In this document: piece by piece, positions 1 through 12,201 of the stretch | How the letters are laid out: every line of letters starts with the position of its first letter | Position numbering within the stretch: position 1 is the stretch's first letter | DNA from: Camelus dromedarius | Taxonomy: Eukaryota | Length of the DNA: 64,000 bases | Direction of reading: 5' to 3' | Assembly: GCF_036321535.1 (NCBI RefSeq) | Contig: NC_087436.1 | Span: forward strand, 33,792,001 to 33,856,000 | Made by a program: the position numbers and the translations under genes | The notes under the pieces: model-generated | The model's database searches: none | Seen by the model: the letters and a program-made list of their open reading frames with translations, nothing else | What the model was told of the DNA's origin: nothing

Positions 1-247
1 AGTTGGGCCTTTGGGAAGTAACTAGGTCACTGTTTTCATGAAAGAGATATCAGAGAGTTACCTCACTCTTTATACCATGTAAGGACACAGCAAGAAGATG
101 GCCATCTATGAACCAAGTAGGCCCTCACCAGACAAAGGATCTGCTGGTCCCTTGATCCTGGACTCTCCAAGCTTTAGAACTATGAAAAATAAATGTCTGT
201 TGTTTAAAACTTCCAGTTTATGTTACTTTTGTTATAGTAGCACAAAC
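1..247 (+). mobile_element. MaLR LTR fragment (MLT1A/B-like), truncated by window start
   Basis: Typical MaLR 3' half: ccatgtaaggacacagcaagaagatggccatctatgaacc...ccttgatcctggac...AATAAAtgtctgttgtttaa...ttgttatagtagca. Confidence 0.85.
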
Positions 248-662
248 TGTCAAGTATGGTGAAGGGTCTGCCATATTACCCTACTTGCAAGCTAACAAGT
301 TTATGAATGCTTTCTGAAGATCTCGGATTCCTGGTTCAGAGCATAATAAGTAACATAAGCACCTACAAATTTTTGAATTTTCATCAGTTTCCTGATGAAA
401 GGTCCCATGGGATAGTTCAGAAGAACCCAGATGGATGCATGCGCATGCAATGGGTTGCATTAAAGGAGAGGAATCTTGAGCTAAGAGAACACTAATATTT
501 ATAATGGGCAGTAAGCTTACTCTTTGATCTGGAAGGAGACATTATTAAAGGCTGTTCCTTTTACAAATATCCTTGCAAAGATAATCCAAAACAAAATGCT
601 GTTAATGCTTCTTCTCATAAGTTGTGCAGAAATGAGAAGGCTCCATGAAGAAATGTTTCCCA
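248..662 (-). mobile_element. ERV1-class LTR (MER89/MER90-like, subfamily uncertain)
   Basis: Begins tgtcaag...gaagggtctg...accctacttgcaagctaacaag, the reverse complement of an LTR 3' end terminating in TTGACA; TATA-like ttataa reads on the minus strand at ~498. Confidence 0.6.
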
Positions 663-1929
663 ATTATGGTAGCTGGGTTTCTGATGGGGCTAGCTTTCAT
701 AATTATGGGATTCATACTCGGCAGTTTATCATGCCAGAGCACTCTTAGTACCTCATTTGTGTGTTCTGCTCCTTTAATTATGTGAATTAAGTCCTCACAA
801 GAAGCACATTTCTATAAACAGTAAGATAAGACTTGAAAGTGACTGTTTTTTCCTTAGGACACTACATTCAAACAAGTTGACCTAGAAAGAAAATGCTTAA
901 GATGAGTGTAAACAAATGTGTTATAGTATCTTCTTAGGCTCTCTTTTAAAAATGTGTCTTCACTTTCTCTTAATATCCAAATCTTTCATAAATCTGCCTA
1001 CTTTATTGGCATGCCGGTCATTGCCTTCTCTGCATGTATTATGCTTATTTTACCCTTGGCCTTATATAAACATATCTCCTTCAATTGTTTATTTATTATT
1101 CTCTAGTTTAGAACCAGTTAGGAAAGAGACTTTATCTTCTTCATGGTCTTGTTTTGATAATGATGGTAGGTAATAAGTTCAGTTCTGGGCCTTGGTAGGT
1201 GCTTAATACATGTTATTTTATTTCAGTTCACTTAAATATAGCCTATAGCCGCCTGGTGAACGTGAGAAGTAAATGGTTTAATGGGCTTATTTATAAAGTT
1301 ATTTAACATTATCTTGTTTTCTTTCATTTCTCTTGAGATTGTGTGTTTGTGTTTGTGTGTGCTTGTATACTCTGTCAGTAATTTCTTCCATGACATCAAA
1401 CTAAACTGAATGAGAAAAAAATATTAAAGAATACGTGCTTTAAATATATCATTCTCATATTCAGTTTCTTAGCATCTATGATTATAATGAAGAAAGCACT
1501 TCCTTATTGTTCACAGATGCTAAACTTGGATTTTCATATTTACATTTGGCTACACAGTATCTTCTGAGAAAATACTGTGAAATGAAAAGTGAGAAAAATC
1601 TTCCTGTTTTGAATATTTTTCTAATATAATAAAGTGTTTTGAATAATCCTAATTACCATGAATCACTTTGGTTAACATCTTCCATACTGATACATCCCAA
1701 TTCAGCCTTGGGATTTTAAAAAAAGGGTGACAGTATTTAAACATTTAAATTATATTATGCTGAGTCCCCACCCTGCTTGCTGGAAAAACTACTTCTTCAC
1801 TCCACAGTATCATCTCTAGTGATAAATTCAAGATTCCTGGTGATAATTACATGGCCCAAGGGTTCAGTTATGACTATTATTTTTGGTAGTAGGTAAGATT
1901 ATAAGTATTGTTTAGGTAGACGGATGTTT

Positions 1930-2310
1930 TCCATTTATCCTTCATCCAAATACTTGAGGAACTAATGTGACATTGTGTAACAGACACAGAGTCTAAGAGT
2001 GAGCCAAAGAAACATGAAACCTACCTCTTAAAGCTTATAGTCTGGTAGAGGAGTTATCCTTTAATCAAACAATCAAGCAAGTAAAATAAAATCATAACAA
2101 TAAGTTTACAAATAAGCAATTCATGAATTATGAAAGCACAAAACAGACTGGTTCATCCAAGTCAGAGGTGTCAGGAAAGAGTTCTCCTAAGAAGCAATTA
2201 TTGAGCCACAAAAAAGAAACAGGAGTTTAGATATGAAAAGGGGAAAGGAAGAGCATTCTACGCAGGAAAAAATGCATATGCAAAAGCACTCCTGAAAGAG
2301 GGACCATGGG
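1930..2310 (-). mobile_element. L2 LINE fragment (left part)
   Basis: cattt..tcatccaaatacttgag...gcttatagtctggtag...tcaggaaag...gagcattcta...gcatatgcaaa, typical reverse-strand L2 3' region. Confidence 0.75.
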
Positions 2311-2319
2311 ATATACAAC

Positions 2320-2920
2320 TCCCAGATTATATGCAGGGGAATATGGCTGGAAGAGAAATTTGCATAAACTTAAGCTAAAGAAGGAGAACTGAGACCTTCC
2401 CCCTCCACATAGTTTAACTATTGAGGACAGATAACAGAGACTACCTGACACAAGACTTCTATTGGCTTCAAGAAATTCTTGTCCTAGAAAACAGGCTGTA
2501 AACCAATACATACTTCTCTCTTTCCTTTGGGAAGTTCCTACAAACCAACCATTCTATCTGAACAAACAATTGCCAATCTGCGAAAAGGGTTCATTGATCA
2601 GAAGAATAATACATTGCTCTCCTAGACAACCAGCTCGTTCATCAAACAGTTTACGTAAACACTCACTTTTAAGTTGGGTCATCAAGTCTAAACTATTGCT
2701 ATGACACAAAATGTGCCCAATCCTAATAGGCTCCCCACCTTGAAAGGCTCTTCTTACAACACGTGAGTCCAGATTTCAAAACATCGTAAATATTCCTCCT
2801 AGACTTTTTCTTCTGAGATACTACTAAGACTCTGCCAAGGTGACATTTTCCCTTATCGTACTATATGTCATACACTTAATTTTGTTGAATCAACAGACAA
2901 TTCTGCTGATTTTTTAACTA
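2320..2920 (+). mobile_element. ERV1-class solo LTR (MER31-like) interrupting L2
   Basis: ttctgagatactactaagactctgccaaggtg...ttcccttatc...ttttgttgaatcaacag resembles the MER31 3' end; L2 sequence resumes immediately after. Confidence 0.6.
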
Positions 2921-3315
2921 GGAGTTAGAATATGCAGGGACTTGTAGGCCATATGAAGTTTTTCCCTTCCCTCTTGATTCTAACTGATACACAATATAAT
3001 ACTCTTGAAATATTTTAAGTTGGGGGATGGAGGGTGGCAGTGGGTGAAGGTGTGATCAGAATTGTATTTTTAAATGATCACTCTGGCTTCAGTGTAGTAA
3101 ACTACTTGGAAAGGGCCAACAGGGATACTGGAAGTTCAGAGACAATTAAAATAATGGGGTTAGAGATGAAGTCAGCTTAACCTAGGATGATGACAGCTGA
3201 TATGACAAAAAAGTAGATGGATTCAAAGCATTAAATACATAGAGGGCATAGTGATAATCAAATAGGAGGGGTGGGAGACAATAGGGTACCAAAAATAGAT
3301 TCTAGATTTCTAATT
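2921..3315 (-). mobile_element. L2 LINE fragment (right part)
   Basis: cagggacttgtaggccat...gtgatcagaattgtatttttaaatgatcactctggct...gagatgaagtcagcttaacctagg...agtagatggattc, continuous with the L2 at 1930-2310. Confidence 0.75.
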
Positions 3316-4389
3316 TATATAATCCTTATTTTTTAGAAGATTTTTTCCCTATAAATTGCTAAAAAGCATCACTTTTGAAACCCTGATGATAAATCTCAGT
3401 CTAGCCTTCCTGGTCTACTTTGTTTTAAATCGTATCTGCACCTTTTTAGAAATTTGATGTCAGACAAACTTAATGTCATACTCATTTTCTTTTAGATGAA
3501 AATACCCAACAAAAGAAGAATCAGGCAGATGCTCAAGGCACCTTGATCCACATGACTTTGCACTGCTAATTTCTGGACATCATATAATCAAATGTGTGGC
3601 TCAGTCCTGATTTTTATTTATACAGTTCGTTGAGTTCAGAAATGCATAGAGTTATTTCTGTAAGCAACCTGGCAGATTGAATGACTGGGCCCAAAACATC
3701 TCTTCTCCTAAACTTCACTTTATCTCTGTTTCTGGAATATATTCCTCAAAGTAAAAGAATCCTTTAAATTGTATGGTGTAAATATCTCAGCTCTTTCAAG
3801 CCCTACAAGTGATTCTCTTGAGATTTTATTCACTTCACTTATGGGGTGGATATGTCTTATCACATGGAAGAAATCAGGAAAGAGTTACTACAGCCCCCTT
3901 AGATAGAGGACTCCCCCTTTCTGGTCTTTTTGGATATTTTAGGGGCTGTGAATTGAAGGACAAATGGTTGCTAGGGTGATAGCTGGAGGTAGTCCTGCTG
4001 GTTCAGCCACGTCTCAACATGTAATAAGCCCTGAGAGATGGGTCTGGCCTCAGCTATTTGGTGGTCTCTATGCCAGGTCATTAAGATCTCTTTGTTTTCG
4101 TTTTTGATTTTAGATTCTGGTCACCATTTCTAGAGCAGGAGGGAAAGATCTTATGCAATGGTCTACTATTATATTATCAATAAAATACTCAATTTTTGAA
4201 TAACATCATTTATTTAGTTTATTAAGTATTTCTTTCAACTTCATTCCTAAAGCCCTTTTCTACATATGGTCAAACCCTTTAATGTGTAAAATATTTATGT
4301 TTGTAAATTCTCAGTGCTGATTTTGCATTCTATACATTATATATAATTACACATATTATTACAATATACAAATGTATTTATACAAAATT

Positions 4390-4723
4390 TTTATTAACTG
4401 AATGGCATATTCAATTGCTGTATTAAGATTTGTCCATCTTACTGTGTCTGCATCTAGTTTGATGCTTCTAATGGCTGCTGAGTATTGTTTACTGTATATT
4501 CACCACATTTTGCTTATCTATTCCTCCATTAACAGACACCTAAACTGCCTTAAATTTCTCCCTACAACAAAACACACTGAGATGAGTGAGATGAGCATCA
4601 TATATATATATACACACACACACTCCCTAATGGAATAGTGTATGAATATACTGGGGTAGGTACAAAGAATAATTGCTCTGCTGCTAGGTCTTAGATTTTA
4701 TGCAAGGTGTAAATGTGTGTGTG

Positions 4724-4766
<43 letters not shown>

Positions 4767-5200
4767 CGTATACGTATACGTGTATGTGTATGTGTATGTA
4801 TATGTATATAGGCTGAATTTCACTAAGTATTGCAGATTGCTCTCTAAGTAGGCTATATTAGTATGTTCTCCCATCAAATGCAAATGCATCAGGAATTCTG
4901 TTTCCCCACGTTTTTGAACACTTGACACATGTTTGAACTTCAAATTATCGCAGACCTAGTGGGTGGGATATCCTTTGTACCTAATTCCAGTGGATTTTCA
5001 TATTTTCCCATATACTTATTATCCCTTTGAGTATTATATGAATTATATGTTCATATTTTGCCTATATTTCTATAGATAGCTAATTTCTAGTTATTGCAAT
5101 AATTTTTTGTAAGTCTATATATTAGTGATATTCAAATTTAGAGAGTGTAAGTAGCTTCTTCTAATCTGTCAGCTGAATCATAGTATCATTTTTAATATTC
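4390..5200 (-). mobile_element. Very old L1 (L1ME-like) 3' region, left part
   Basis: gctgctgagtattg...caccacattttgcttatctattc...tattgcagattgctctc; degraded antisense L1 ORF2 end/3'UTR. Confidence 0.6.
4724..4810. repeat. Compound (TGTATA)n microsatellite
   Basis: Directly visible hexamer repeat with CGTATA/TGTGTA variants; strictly alternating purine/pyrimidine. Confidence 0.97.
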
Positions 5201-5227
5201 ACATTAAAGAAGTATGCTTATTTATTA

Positions 5228-7760
5228 GTTTAACTTTTTATTTTGAGATAATTGTAGACTCTTATGTAGTAGTAAGAAATAATACAGGGTAATCCAGTTT
5301 CCCCCAATGGTAACATCTAGTGAAACTATGCTATAAAATCACAACTAGTATTGACATTTAAACAGTCAAGATGCATAACAGTTCCTTCATCAAAAAAATG
5401 TCTCCTATTATCCTTGTAGAGCTATACTTATCCCTCAGTTCCTAATCTCTGGAACTGCTTATCTGCTTCCATTTCTGTAATTTTGCCATTTCAAGAATAT
5501 TTTATAAATAGAATCAGTCTGTAACATTGTAGAATTGTTTTTTTTAACTCAGCATAAAGGTCAGCAGATTCATCCAAGTTGTGGCATGCATCAATAGTTC
5601 CATTCTATTTATTTTTGGGTAATATCCATGTATGAATACACCACAGTTTGTTTAACTACTCACCTGCTAAGGATATCTGAGTTATTTCCAGTTTAAGCTG
5701 CTATAAAATAAATCTGCTATGAACATTCATGAACAAGTTTTTGTGTAAACATAAATTTTCATCTCTTTAGGGTAAATGTTCAAGGGTACAATCCCTGGGT
5801 TTGTGGTAGTTACATGTTTTGTTTTGTAAGACTCTGACAATCTGTTATTCAGAGAGGTTGTACCACTTTACTTTTCCGACTTTCAATGTAGAAGTGAAAT
5901 ATTTTCTCCACATCCTTGCCAACATGAGGTCTTGTCACTGTTTTTAAATTTTAGCTATTCTGGTAGGCATATAGTGATATCTTATTGTAGCTTAATATTT
6001 GCATTTCCTGAAAGGCTAAAGATGTTGAACACTTTTTTATAAACTTATTTTCCATCAGCATAGCCTCTTTGGTAATGTGTATTCATAATTTTTGTCCATT
6101 TTTTAATTGCATTTTTTAACTATTGAGTTTTGAGAGTCTTTTATATATTCTAGATACTAGTTCTTTGTCCAATATGAGATTTGCAAATATTGCTTCCCTG
6201 TTGGAAGCTTGTGTTTTCACGCTCTTAACAGGATCCCAGCATTTTAGACGGGAAAAGCATTTTAATTTATCATTTTTTCTTATTTTGGATCATGCTCTTT
6301 GCTTAGCCTTGAATCCAAAAGATTGTTTCCTATTTTTTTCTAAAATTTCTTACTTCTACATTTTAATTTAAATCTGGATACATTTTGAGTTATTTTTTAG
6401 TATAAAAGTTATGATTTCAATCAAGTTTTTTGTTTGCTTGTTTTGCAGGAGGACTCTGGATGTCCAATTGTTTCAGCACCATTTGTTGAATAGCTATCCT
6501 ACTTCCACTGGTTTGCTTTTGCACTTTTGACAATTTCCAGTTGGATCCATTTATTTCAGGATTCTCTCTGTTCTGCTGTAATGCTCTGTGTGTCTACACC
6601 TTTACCAGTATCGCATTGTCTTTACAGCAGGCCTTATATCAGGTAGAGTGATTCTTCCCATTTTATTCTTCAGGAGTTTAAAGTTATTTTAGAGTCTGTG
6701 TCTTTCCATATAAACTGTAGAATAAGCTTGCCTATGTCAACAAAAAGTGCCTTACTGGGATTTTAATAGCAATTGCAGTGAACCTTTAAACCCATTTAGG
6801 AAGAAGTGACATCTGTACTAGGTTGAGTCTCCCAATATTTCTCCCCATTATCTTGGACTTCTTTGATTCTTTTTTCATCACTATCAAAATTTATCATTCA
6901 GATTCTCTACACGTTTTGTTAAATATATAACTATTTTTAGAGTGTTTTTGCTATATTTTTAATTTTAGTTTCTACATCTTCATCAATGTATGCAGAAATG
7001 TGATTGATTCTTGGGTGTTCCTGCATCCTGCAAAGTTGCTGAACTGACATTAGTTCTAGAAGTGTTTTTTTGTAATTTTTTTTCTAGATTCCTTAGGATT
7101 TTCTGATTAGACAATCATCTACAATTAAGGACTTTTATATCTTTCTTTTTAATCTGTATTTTTTTTTTCTTATTGAAGTGGTTAGATCTTCTGATACTAC
7201 ATTGGATGAGAGTGGTGAGAGCAGTATCAGTGATTTGTTCCAGATTTTAGAGAAAACACATACATTCTTTCCCCATTATGATATTAGACACAAGTGTTTT
7301 GTAGGTGAACTTTATCAAGTTTAGCTGGTTCCAGTCATTCTTAGCTTGGTGAAAGTTTTTAACATTAACAAATATTGGATAGTGGATATAAATAATTATG
7401 ACAAATATTTATTTTGCATCTATTAATATGATCATATAATTTTTCTTCATTAACCTGTTAATTACACTGATTAATTTTCAAATGTTGGAACTAGTTTTCC
7501 ATATTTAAAATAAAATTCACTTGATCATAATCTATTATTATTTTTATGTAACTGGATTTGATTTGCTAATATTTTGTTGAGGGATTTGTATTTAAGTTCA
7601 TTTGAGTTATCAATCTATTGTTTGTTTTTTCTACTATTTTAAATGGTTTTGTATTAAGGTACTGTCAGCCTCAGTAAATGGGTTGGGCAGTATTATCTCT
7701 TCTATTTCTCTCAAAGAGTTTTTTAAAAATTGGTTTTAATTCTTTTTTAAATGCTTGTGT
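5228..7760 (-). mobile_element. L1MC1/2-like LINE-1, 5'-truncated, decayed
   Basis: ttttattttgagataattgtaga...aagaaataatacag...ccagtttcccccaatggtaacatc matches the L1MC 3' end; antisense ORF2 remnants follow (ccaattgtttcagcaccatttgttgaa, gagagtggtgagag). Confidence 0.8.
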
Positions 7761-7769
7761 CTTTAAAAA

Positions 7770-8400
7770 ATTTAATTGTGTCACCTTTTCTTTCTTTTTC
7801 TCCTTAGAGTACTTTTAGAAATATTTAAAAAAAAATCTTTCCAGCCTGTGGTTCAAAAAGATATACTGAAAAAATTTACTTTTCATACTTAGGTTTTTAA
7901 TCCGCCATGATTCTTAGTTTGTATATTACAACAGAAAACATATTATTTATTTATGTTTTTTTCTATCTAGTGAGCCAGTTTACCTAACTCCATTTACTAT
8001 CCTTTCACTGTTAATTTGTCATTCCATATTAACTGTGTCCAGTTTCTATATACATATGGGTCTATTCCATTGATACATTTGTGTTTCTATTATATAGTAT
8101 TTTATGTCTTATTATAATTGCATTTTCATCTTCATAAACAGTAGGTCAAGTCTCACTTCTTTGATCTTCTTCATCTAAGTTTTAGGGATCTGTCAACTAT
8201 TAGGCTTTCAATTAAATTTTAAGATTCAGAGTTCCTCAAAATGACTGGGTGAATATTTTGTCACCTCTGTATTTAATATATAATTTAATTTAGAAATAAT
8301 TGAAATATAGATAATATTGTCTCATTCATGAACTTACTATGCATTTCTATTTAGTAAAACCATCTATGTCCTTTAGGAAAGATTTAAATTATTTCTGTAG
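7770..8400 (-). mobile_element. Very old L1 (L1ME-like) ORF2 remnant, right part
   Basis: ttacttttcatacttaggtttttaatcc...agccagtttacctaactccatttact...; continues the 4390-5200 fragment. Confidence 0.5.
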
Positions 8401-9029
8401 AAAATCTGTGTGTAATAAAGATTTGTCCTCTCTCCCCTATTTTTGATTTATTCAGTGATGATTTTATTTAGCACGTTTTTCAAAAATGTAAGTGGGCAAA
8501 TGCTGGTTGTTTTCTTATGTGACATATATTCAAACCTCAAAACTGTTATTACTGATGATTCTTCTACTGAAACGGACATGGGTAAAACTTGCTTACTACC
8601 TTTAAAAAATAATCTTTAGAAGGGGAAGTGGTGGAAGAAGAAATGATCGGGAGAGGACAGTATGAAGACTAATTTGATGAAAAGATCATTTCTGACTGAT
8701 ATTCCTATGATTTACTGCTTAAAAACATTGGCTCAACTTATATTTGCTATGAGGATTTCAACTCTGTTTAACTTAAAAAAAATCATTTAACCTGACCTAT
8801 TTCTCATTTTTATAGGCTAAACTCAGAAACAGCTTTGACTGGCTCTTTGATTTGTCCTCCTTCCATAACTGCTGTATGAAGGCAGCAATCATTATTTATA
8901 AAATCAGCTACAATAATCAGTTGTGAGAAAGAAATGTGAAGAAGTTCACCTTTGAGGTGGTGCTATGGACAGTGCTGATGCTGCTGTTGCCATGACCCAC
9001 TTTTACTACAGTTACCAGGCCAGTCTCTA

Positions 9030-9515
9030 CAAGTCCCTATCTCATCTGCCTCTCTTTACTTGTATGACCTCTTGTTTTGCTTCTCTGACCCTTGCTAACT
9101 TGATAGCATCAGTCTCCTTGCAGCCATGTGAACACTCAAGGCTTGCCTTGTCTCAGGGTTTTCTGCACTTAACTCTCCCTCTCTGGAATGGTGTTCTCAG
9201 ATAAGGTCAATGTCCAATATCTCTTTCCCTCTTCTTGTCTATATTCTATGGTACTCTCTGTGACGCCTTCCTTCTTTTATTACCCTAGATTATAATAACA
9301 GTCTCCTCCACTAGCACTCTCTATATTTCTATCCTGCTTTCTAGCTCATCATACAATTTATTTCTATGTAAAGCATTGTAGCTGTTTATTGAAGGCTGCT
9401 CCTCACTAGAATGTAAGATGGATGAGAACATGGATTTGTATCTATTTCTTCATCTATGTATCTGCAATACCTAGAACAGCTCTAGATACTTAGAAAGCAC
9501 TGAATAAATATTAGC
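9030..9515 (+). mobile_element. L2 LINE 3' end
   Basis: ctcagggttttctgcactt...ctggaatg...cactagaatgtaagatggatgaga...cctagaacag...aataaatatt, the canonical L2 3' terminus. Confidence 0.8.
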
Positions 9516-10424
9516 CATTTTTAAAGGCTTATAAACAAATATTTATTTATATGTATTTTCTAGATTTGTGATACTGTGGAATAAAATAAGTATAAATTTA
9601 TATGTCATTCATAATTTAATAAATTCACTTATAATTATATATGTATCATAAAAGTCTAAGTGCATGTATATCTAGATCCTTGATTCTTCCTAAATATATA
9701 TTTATATAGATATCTATAACAGAACAAGCTAGTAATAGTCACTTTGGACTGGTTTTCTAAAAGAGATAAATATAATATAAGCTATGTTCTTTTTAGCAGA
9801 AAAATGAGCTCTGAAAAAAATTTCTCTGCAGCAATTATCTCACTCACCTTATTTCTACCCCAAGCTGAGGACCATGAATTTTAGTAAAAACTTCTGAGGT
9901 AGTTCATCTCCTAAAAAAATAAGAATTAAAAAATGCAGAAGACATATTCACAGAGAAATAAGCAAATGTGACTGCTTTTCTAGAATGTAATTTTAAAATG
10001 AAAGCCAACTTTTTGGGAGATAAATCTAAATAGTAAGTTTTCAGGGAATTGTGGGTGGAAATAATTAGCTGGTTTATGTTCTATCTAACAGTAGTTTTCT
10101 CTTTATAAACATATGTAAGCATTATATACTCTCCCAGGGAAACATACATTGTATGGATAACTTTTGATATACCTGACTCTTGTCTCTTTCTGATGGTCAG
10201 ACTGCAAAGACTTTCTTTTCTTTAATTCATTGGGTCACCTTTTATCATAAATGTAACCTTCATACTTTGTATGTGTGTGCATTGGGAGATAGACAATTAT
10301 GAATATTACTCTCTGTTTGAAGTTTTATTCATTTTTTTTTAATTTTCTTTGCTGAGGTTCATGTTTGTCATAGCTTTCAAAAGAGCAAATTTACAAGCAA
10401 AATCAGAAACTTTTAAAAATGTAG

Positions 10425-10485
10425 ATTATGTTACACACCTGAAATTAATGTAATCTTCTATGTCAATTGAATCTCAATTAAAAAT
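10425..10485 (+). mobile_element. Short L1 3'-terminal fragment
   Basis: ttatgttacacacctgaaattaatgtaatc..tatgtcaattgaatctcaattaaaaa, the L1 3' end motif. Confidence 0.6.
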
Positions 10486-10611
10486 ATTCTTTAATTTCCA
10501 CCATATTATGTCACTTTTAGGATTTAGAGAAGGTCAGCAAAACTTGCAGTTTCAATTTGATTTCACAATTTTAAATCCATCTCCAAAATATTGCCATCAT
10601 TAGCATTGAGT

Positions 10612-11280
10612 TCTGCTGGCTATTAAGCTTATTTTCTTTCTTTTTAACCTGTCTTTCTACACAATGATCTGTGATATGGGGGCTAGAGCTCCGTGAACTG
10701 TGATCCTGCTTTGTCAGCTGGTTTCCTGTTAGGCTCTGCCAATTAAGGTAGTTAAAGGGAGACTGGGAGGCTGGAAGAGAAAAGGAAATTGTTCCTTTCT
10801 CACTGATTCTTTAGGCTTCCTGTTCCTAGCCTTGCTTGTTCAAGCCAGCAGTGCTGGGTTCATTTTAGCTGCGGCAGTTTGGAGTTTTCCAGTACTTGAA
10901 CTTGTGACCTTTCAATGACAGTGGCCTGGAACCTACCAGCATCCGCTCTTCAGAAGCCCAAGTCCCAGCCTCTTAGAGACCCCTTTCTGAGCTCTGAGAT
11001 GTTAGTGCCAGGCCAACTTTACCCCTGGGAGGTCGGCCTCCAGCCTAGGAAAACCTCTCTTCCAAACTTTACAGGTTTAGTAATCCCTAACTCTGCCCCT
11101 TGTTCTCCGAGTTCTCTGACTGATATCTGCTTCCCACACTTGTTTCCCACATAATACCTTAGTTTCTCCTTTATTATGTTTTAATACTTCAGTAGCTTGT
11201 TAACCATTCTTTATGTTAAACTCTCTTTGTTAAAAGAACTCGTATGGTTTATGTCTCCTGACTGGACTTTGACTCATACA
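10612..11280 (+). mobile_element. ERVL solo LTR (LTR33-like)
   Basis: ctttgtcagctggtttcctgttaggctctgccaat...gggagactgggaggctgga; ends tgtctcctgactggactttgactcataCA. Confidence 0.75.
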
Positions 11281-11989
11281 AGGTCCTTTGGTATCCTCTA
11301 CTCCATTTCTTTTTGAATTTATTGAATGTCTCTTTAAGATATTGCAATAAACATCAATTTTTTAAAGTACACTAAAGAACAGAAGGGCATGCTTTTCTGA
11401 TTTCTTGTTCAATGAGATTTTAGGCAATCTTTATTGCATTCTAGCATATGTAGGTTACATCAATTTTAAGATTATGAGCTATTTGTAAACATTTTCTTTA
11501 CAATTTATTGCATTTATTCTAAATTGATAATAAACAATGGAATACTGTATCTTCTCACAGTAGATATCTGAATTAAGTGGTATTTTATCATTTTATTCTA
11601 TTTCACAGTATATTTCACATTTCAATTCCATCATACAACTACAAACTGAAATATAACTAGTTCACTCTCAAGGAACAGCGATGTAGGTTAATAGAAGGAA
11701 AAAATATATATGAATTACCTTTGGAAAAAACTGAAATTAGATTTTGCTTTTTACCAGGTCAAACTACATGAGAATAAATTTTCCCAATGTTGACCCAAAG
11801 GATTTAATTAAAGTCACAAACACACAGACAAACAAAAACACTTTTGACATAAGAATTTATAATCAAATCATTAACGTGTTTAAAGGAATCTGAAAGCTTA
11901 TTCTGGACTAGCTAAAATAATAAAAGGCTATGGCACAAAATAGTGAAATTCAAAATGTCCCAAAATTCTCTCTACTAGAGAACTCAGTC

Positions 11990-12140
11990 TTCAGCTCTTT
12001 CAAAAGCAACTTGGGGGAGAGTGGCACACTTGGGGAGAGTTTGAAAAACTCTGTGCCTTTCCCCCATACCTTGCCTACGCATCTCTTCCATCTGGCTGTT
12101 CCTGAGTTACATCCTTTCATATAAAACTAGTAATCTAGAA
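11990..12140 (+). mobile_element. MER21-like LTR fragment
   Basis: ccccataccttgcctacgcatctcttccatctggctgttcctgagtt..atcctttcatataaaactagtaa. Confidence 0.7.
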
Positions 12141-12201
12141 GCGAATTAAAGGAGAACATGCTGGTAGTTTACAACGTGGCAGAGAGGCATCAAGAAGTAA
12201 G

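Noticed and set aside
3470..3665. Acceptor-like ttttcttttagATG and downstream gtaagc
   Set aside because: The frames I translated stop early and the peptides are unrecognisable; no support beyond the motif.
4698..4943. ORF with TYTYTY repeat
   Set aside because: Translation artefact of the hexamer microsatellite.
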